A stretch of 63,597 bases of DNA, the filler included, from Folioceros fuciformis (taxonomy: Eukaryota), in assembly GCA_049999805.1 (NCBI GenBank). It is 7 parts of 7 records of this genome, joined end to end, with 100 filler letters (N's around TTAATTAATTAA, not from the genome) between each part and the next. Parts side by side here need not be neighbours in the genome. Positions count along the whole stretch, not along the records: positions 58,877 to 62,341 come from JBNGIO010002963.1; positions 62,442 to 63,597 come from JBNGIO010002966.1; 5 more parts are not named here. One strand, 5' to 3'. Made by a program: the position numbers and the translations under genes. The notes below the pieces were generated by a model that did no database searches, was not told the origin of the DNA, and saw only the letters and a list, made by a program, of their open reading frames with translations. Below are positions 60,028-63,597 of the stretch, one piece after another. Within the stretch, counting starts at the first letter, position 1, and each line of letters begins with the position of its first letter.

Positions 60028-61420
60028 CACTCACCAAGAATGCACAAGAGCTCCCCGCCACGCCGTCAACCAAGTGGAAGCCTACCAACCAGGAGGCTAT
60101 TGGTACGTGGATGACTCCTACCAGGTGCAGGTTGCGACTATTCCTCGTCCACCACAGTCCATTCGGACATCTTTCCAACCATCAGGACCTCCTGGAATGA
60201 GGTATGGTCCTTGTCCAGTATCTCCATGACCATGGAGGCCAGATTTGTCCCAACATCCACAAGTGGTGGCAGTAGGTCGTTGTTTCAATTGTGGCTTGCC
60301 AAGACACTATGCTAATGAGTGCACGGAGCCACGTCGGCAACTTGGATTTGTGCCGTTTTATCAAGTGTACAAGGATCCAGGGCATCGGGCTGGGGATCTA
60401 AGGTGTTTGAGCATCCCTAGGCCCGTGCTGCCTAAATCTAGAGTGAGGATCTCGAAGGCATCGGAAGAGGGACTTTCTCCTACTGTGGAGACAACAGCTC
60501 AGGTAACAAGTGCACCCGTGTTGTCAGTGGAGGCTGAGGAGGAGCCTTTGATTGAATCTCAACATTTTCAGGCATTGTGGATGAGGGATACTCAGGGGAA
60601 GCTAGTGATGGTGAAGAAGTAATGGTGGCAAGGGTCACCACTCATTCCGAATGCCATTATAGGGAGAGGACAAAGAAGGAAGAGATGAGGAGGAGGAGAG
60701 AACGTGACAACACTCCTAAACCACCGAAGGCAAGGGAGGAACCACTTGTCCAGCAAGGGAAGGATGATGTGCTGGCTAGACAAGAAGTTGATCCACAACA
60801 CCGAGAGGAAGGAGAACTAGTTGAAGGAGAGGCTGAAGAATCAGCATTCCCACCAGACATCAGCGAGGAGGTTGCTGCAATGCTGGAGGAAGAGCTGACT
60901 AGGCTGATGCAGCGGCCTGAGAAGGTCACGTTTGTAGACCCCCTAGTGACAAGGGTGGTGGAGAGTGCAAGTCCTTTGGAGGAGGAACAAGAAGGAGAGA
61001 AGGTTGATGGAAGTGAGGAGGATGGAGGGATCAATCCTCCTAAGTTAGCAACAACAAGGGAGGCTTTGGCCATGAAGGTTGCTGGATTTGCTGATGCCTT
61101 GCTTGATCATGAGTTTGTGGTGAGCTTGAGCCAGCTCCTATTCTTTAGTCCCAAGGCCAAGAAGATCGTGAAGGAGGCCATCCGAGGGATACCAGAGCCA
61201 CTTGAAGGGAAGAAAATCCCTACTTAGATGAGTTTAGTGGAGTTGGCTGATTGTGGAGCTCCCGAGATAGAGGTGGAGATTGCAGGTTGTTTGGTGCCTG
61301 ATGTACCGTTGGATACGGGGTCTGTGTCAATCTCATGAAGGAGGACACAACCCATCGTTTGGCATTCACGAAGTTTGACCCTATGTGGAGGAAAACCCCC
61401 GGGCACTGATTGCCAACGGG
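60028..61420 (+). mobile_element. Degenerate Ty3/gypsy gag-protease region
   Basis: Zinc knuckle CFNCGLPRHYANEC, an acidic linker, VSLSQLLFFSP, and protease-like EVEIAGCLVPDVPLDTGS, with frameshifts. Confidence 0.75.
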
Positions 61421-62005
61421 TCCCACCTTTAGTGGCCACACTTATCCCACTGTCGTTGAGACATTGGGTTTCGTTCCCACGAAGGAGCGATGGGGTTCCT
61501 TGCTGCTGTGGTTGGAGGGTCGGACTTGATTAACTCGATGATGGATTCGAGGGCTCCCCTCTAGCTCCGATCAGGCGTAGGTCAGGCCTCGCTGTCCGGC
61601 GGTCAGCTGCACCTCTCTTGGTGCCCACAAACTCACTCCAGCCACTACAACGACTCTAACCTCTCAGATCTGCGACTTCCTTCACTCACTTCACTCACTC
61701 TCTCGCTCCAGCACCAACACCAAAAACTACCAGCAACCAGCAACGACACCACTACCTTCTACACTTCCCTACGGACTCCTCCTACCCGGCAAGAGTCACT
61801 AGACTAACCCCAAACAAAAGGAAGAAGGGAACACACTCCCTTCTTGGGTATCTCCTCCCCACAACCTTACCAGACGCCATGAGACATGGCCGGCCTACAG
61901 CACTTGACCAAGCGAGGAACAAGAGTGGACAGGTTGAGAGAAAGACACACCCTTTACAATCAAGAGCTAGGGGCAAGCCCCTACACCCTGGTCATTACAC
62001 CTTGT

Positions 62006-62205
62006 GATCCTACCAGACACTATACAACCGGCAACACGCTGCCCGCGATCCTACCAGACACTGTACAGCCGGCAACACGCTGCCCGCGATCCTACTAGAC
62101 ACTGTACAGCCGGCAACACGCTGCCCGCGATCCTACCAGACACTGTACAGCCGGCAACACACGGCTTGCGATCCTACCAGACGTTGCACAGCCGGCAACA
62201 CACTG
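62006..62205. repeat. 41-bp minisatellite, 5 copies
   Basis: gatcctaccagacactgtacagccggcaacacgctgcccgc at 62006, 62047, 62088, 62129 and 62170. Confidence 0.93.
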
Positions 62206-63597
62206 CAGGTCCTAAACCAAGCAGGGACAGACCACAAGAGCTCATGAAGAGAGGACCTCCAAGAGCTCACAAAGAGATAGACTGACTCCCAAAGTGAATG
62301 ACTCCTCCTTCCTTCAGGCTCACCTGATCTTATAGGAGCCTNNNNNNNNNNNNNNNNNNNNNNNNNNNNNNNNNNNNNNNNNNNNTTAATTAATTAANNN
62401 NNNNNNNNNNNNNNNNNNNNNNNNNNNNNNNNNNNNNNNNNTTCACTCTCACTCACGATTGGCCACTGCTTTTCTCAGGACTCGAGGATGCTTAGTTTAT
62501 ACACTTCTACAGTTACTAACGCTTGGCCTGCGTCCGGCCCTAGCTCCTTTCGTTTCCTCTAGGAATCCTTTGGGCTTACTGCGCACAACGAGGCCCCCAC
62601 ACACATGCACACATATGCGGCTTCTCCATCAGCCAACACACTCTCATTCGTTATCACACCCTACTCCCAACCTCTGGCCAGACTCTCACAACTACTCACG
62701 CGTCCTTGTGCCCTAGGCTCACGCACATACAGACAACTCTCACTTCACGGCATTTCGTCTCCAAACACAGTCACGTCCAGCTTTCGCCACCCTCGTTACT
62801 TTGATTATTCTCTGGTCAACCACGATTACCTCACCACAGCACCACACACCCGCCATTCCGGCTCCACCACCCCTTAGCTTAGCTCCTACACACCCCAAGC
62901 TCACACACACAGTCGCCTCAGTCATTCGGTCACACAACTTCTTCCTCCTACCATCGCCACTCTCGCAACCCACTTGCACTCACGGTCTTCACAACATCAG
63001 TCACTCAGCACCGCATTCTGTCTTCACCAACACGCATTCATCAGTGCTCTTACTCACACAATCTCATTTCTCAATCCAGCTACGACTCTCAGCACTCTTC
63101 TCCAACTCGCCCGTCTAGGGCCTCTCTCTCCTCTGAAATGGTAAGGATGGTGGGTCACCGGAGGCTAAGGGAAGGGGTATCCACTTCCACTCCGGACTCG
63201 CGGATTTGGCCTCTGGCCCCTTTACCACCCCACGCAACGGACACGGGAATATCTGGGGAGCTCGTCTCCTACTCGGCGAGGTCTCTCCTCCCGATTCGTC
63301 CCCGGGTCCCGGTTACGGAGCATCCACCACCTGCACCCGCACCCTTAGAGCACTACGTGCGCTCGCTTGCCTGGACCTCCTGTCCAGCAACGGCCATCGC
63401 TAGGCTTCCACAAGGTCGGAATGTCGGGATGGTCTCTTGCTGATTTTTCCGAGGCCTCAAACTAGCCTCTTGTACACGGTTGTGGCGGTCTTTCCGCCAT
63501 AAAGTTTGTCAAGGGTCAGTCAGCGCTCTTAAATTCTGAGCGGCTTAGGTCCAAGCAAAAACAATCTAAAAAAAGCTAGTCTAGACTGTAATTACTA

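Overview
This is eukaryotic nuclear DNA from a compact land-plant genome: genes are dense, most introns are about 70-110 bp, and it is probably a lycophyte such as Selaginella or a bryophyte (inferred, not identified). Bases 1-48,100 are gene-rich. They hold two tandem non-canonical cysteine-synthase/BSAS paralogues, chloroplast ATP synthase b', a P-class PPR protein, BUD23, MRNIP, Msd1/SSX2IP-like, PTPMT1, an F-box protein, ataxin-10, GDAP2, a class-3 lipase, two single-domain DUF26/Gnk2 proteins in an AT-rich island, MED10 and a CW-domain MORC ATPase, with several minisatellites between them. Bases 48,900-63,597 are mostly decayed and nested Copia and Ty3/gypsy LTR elements, plus a PPR relic and a fold-back MITE-like element. 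Six 100-bp N gaps each carry an artificial TTAATTAATTAA linker. No CRISPR array, rRNA or tRNA gene was seen, and I found no clearly new multi-gene system. The best leads are the active-site-remodelled cysteine-synthase pair, a DUF26/lipase island, the MORC domain architecture, a duplicated exon in BUD23, a cryptic 38-codon repeat showing third-position divergence, an element shared by two 3' flanks, and two long hairpins in the transposon region. All family assignments come from motif recognition by eye, not database searches.
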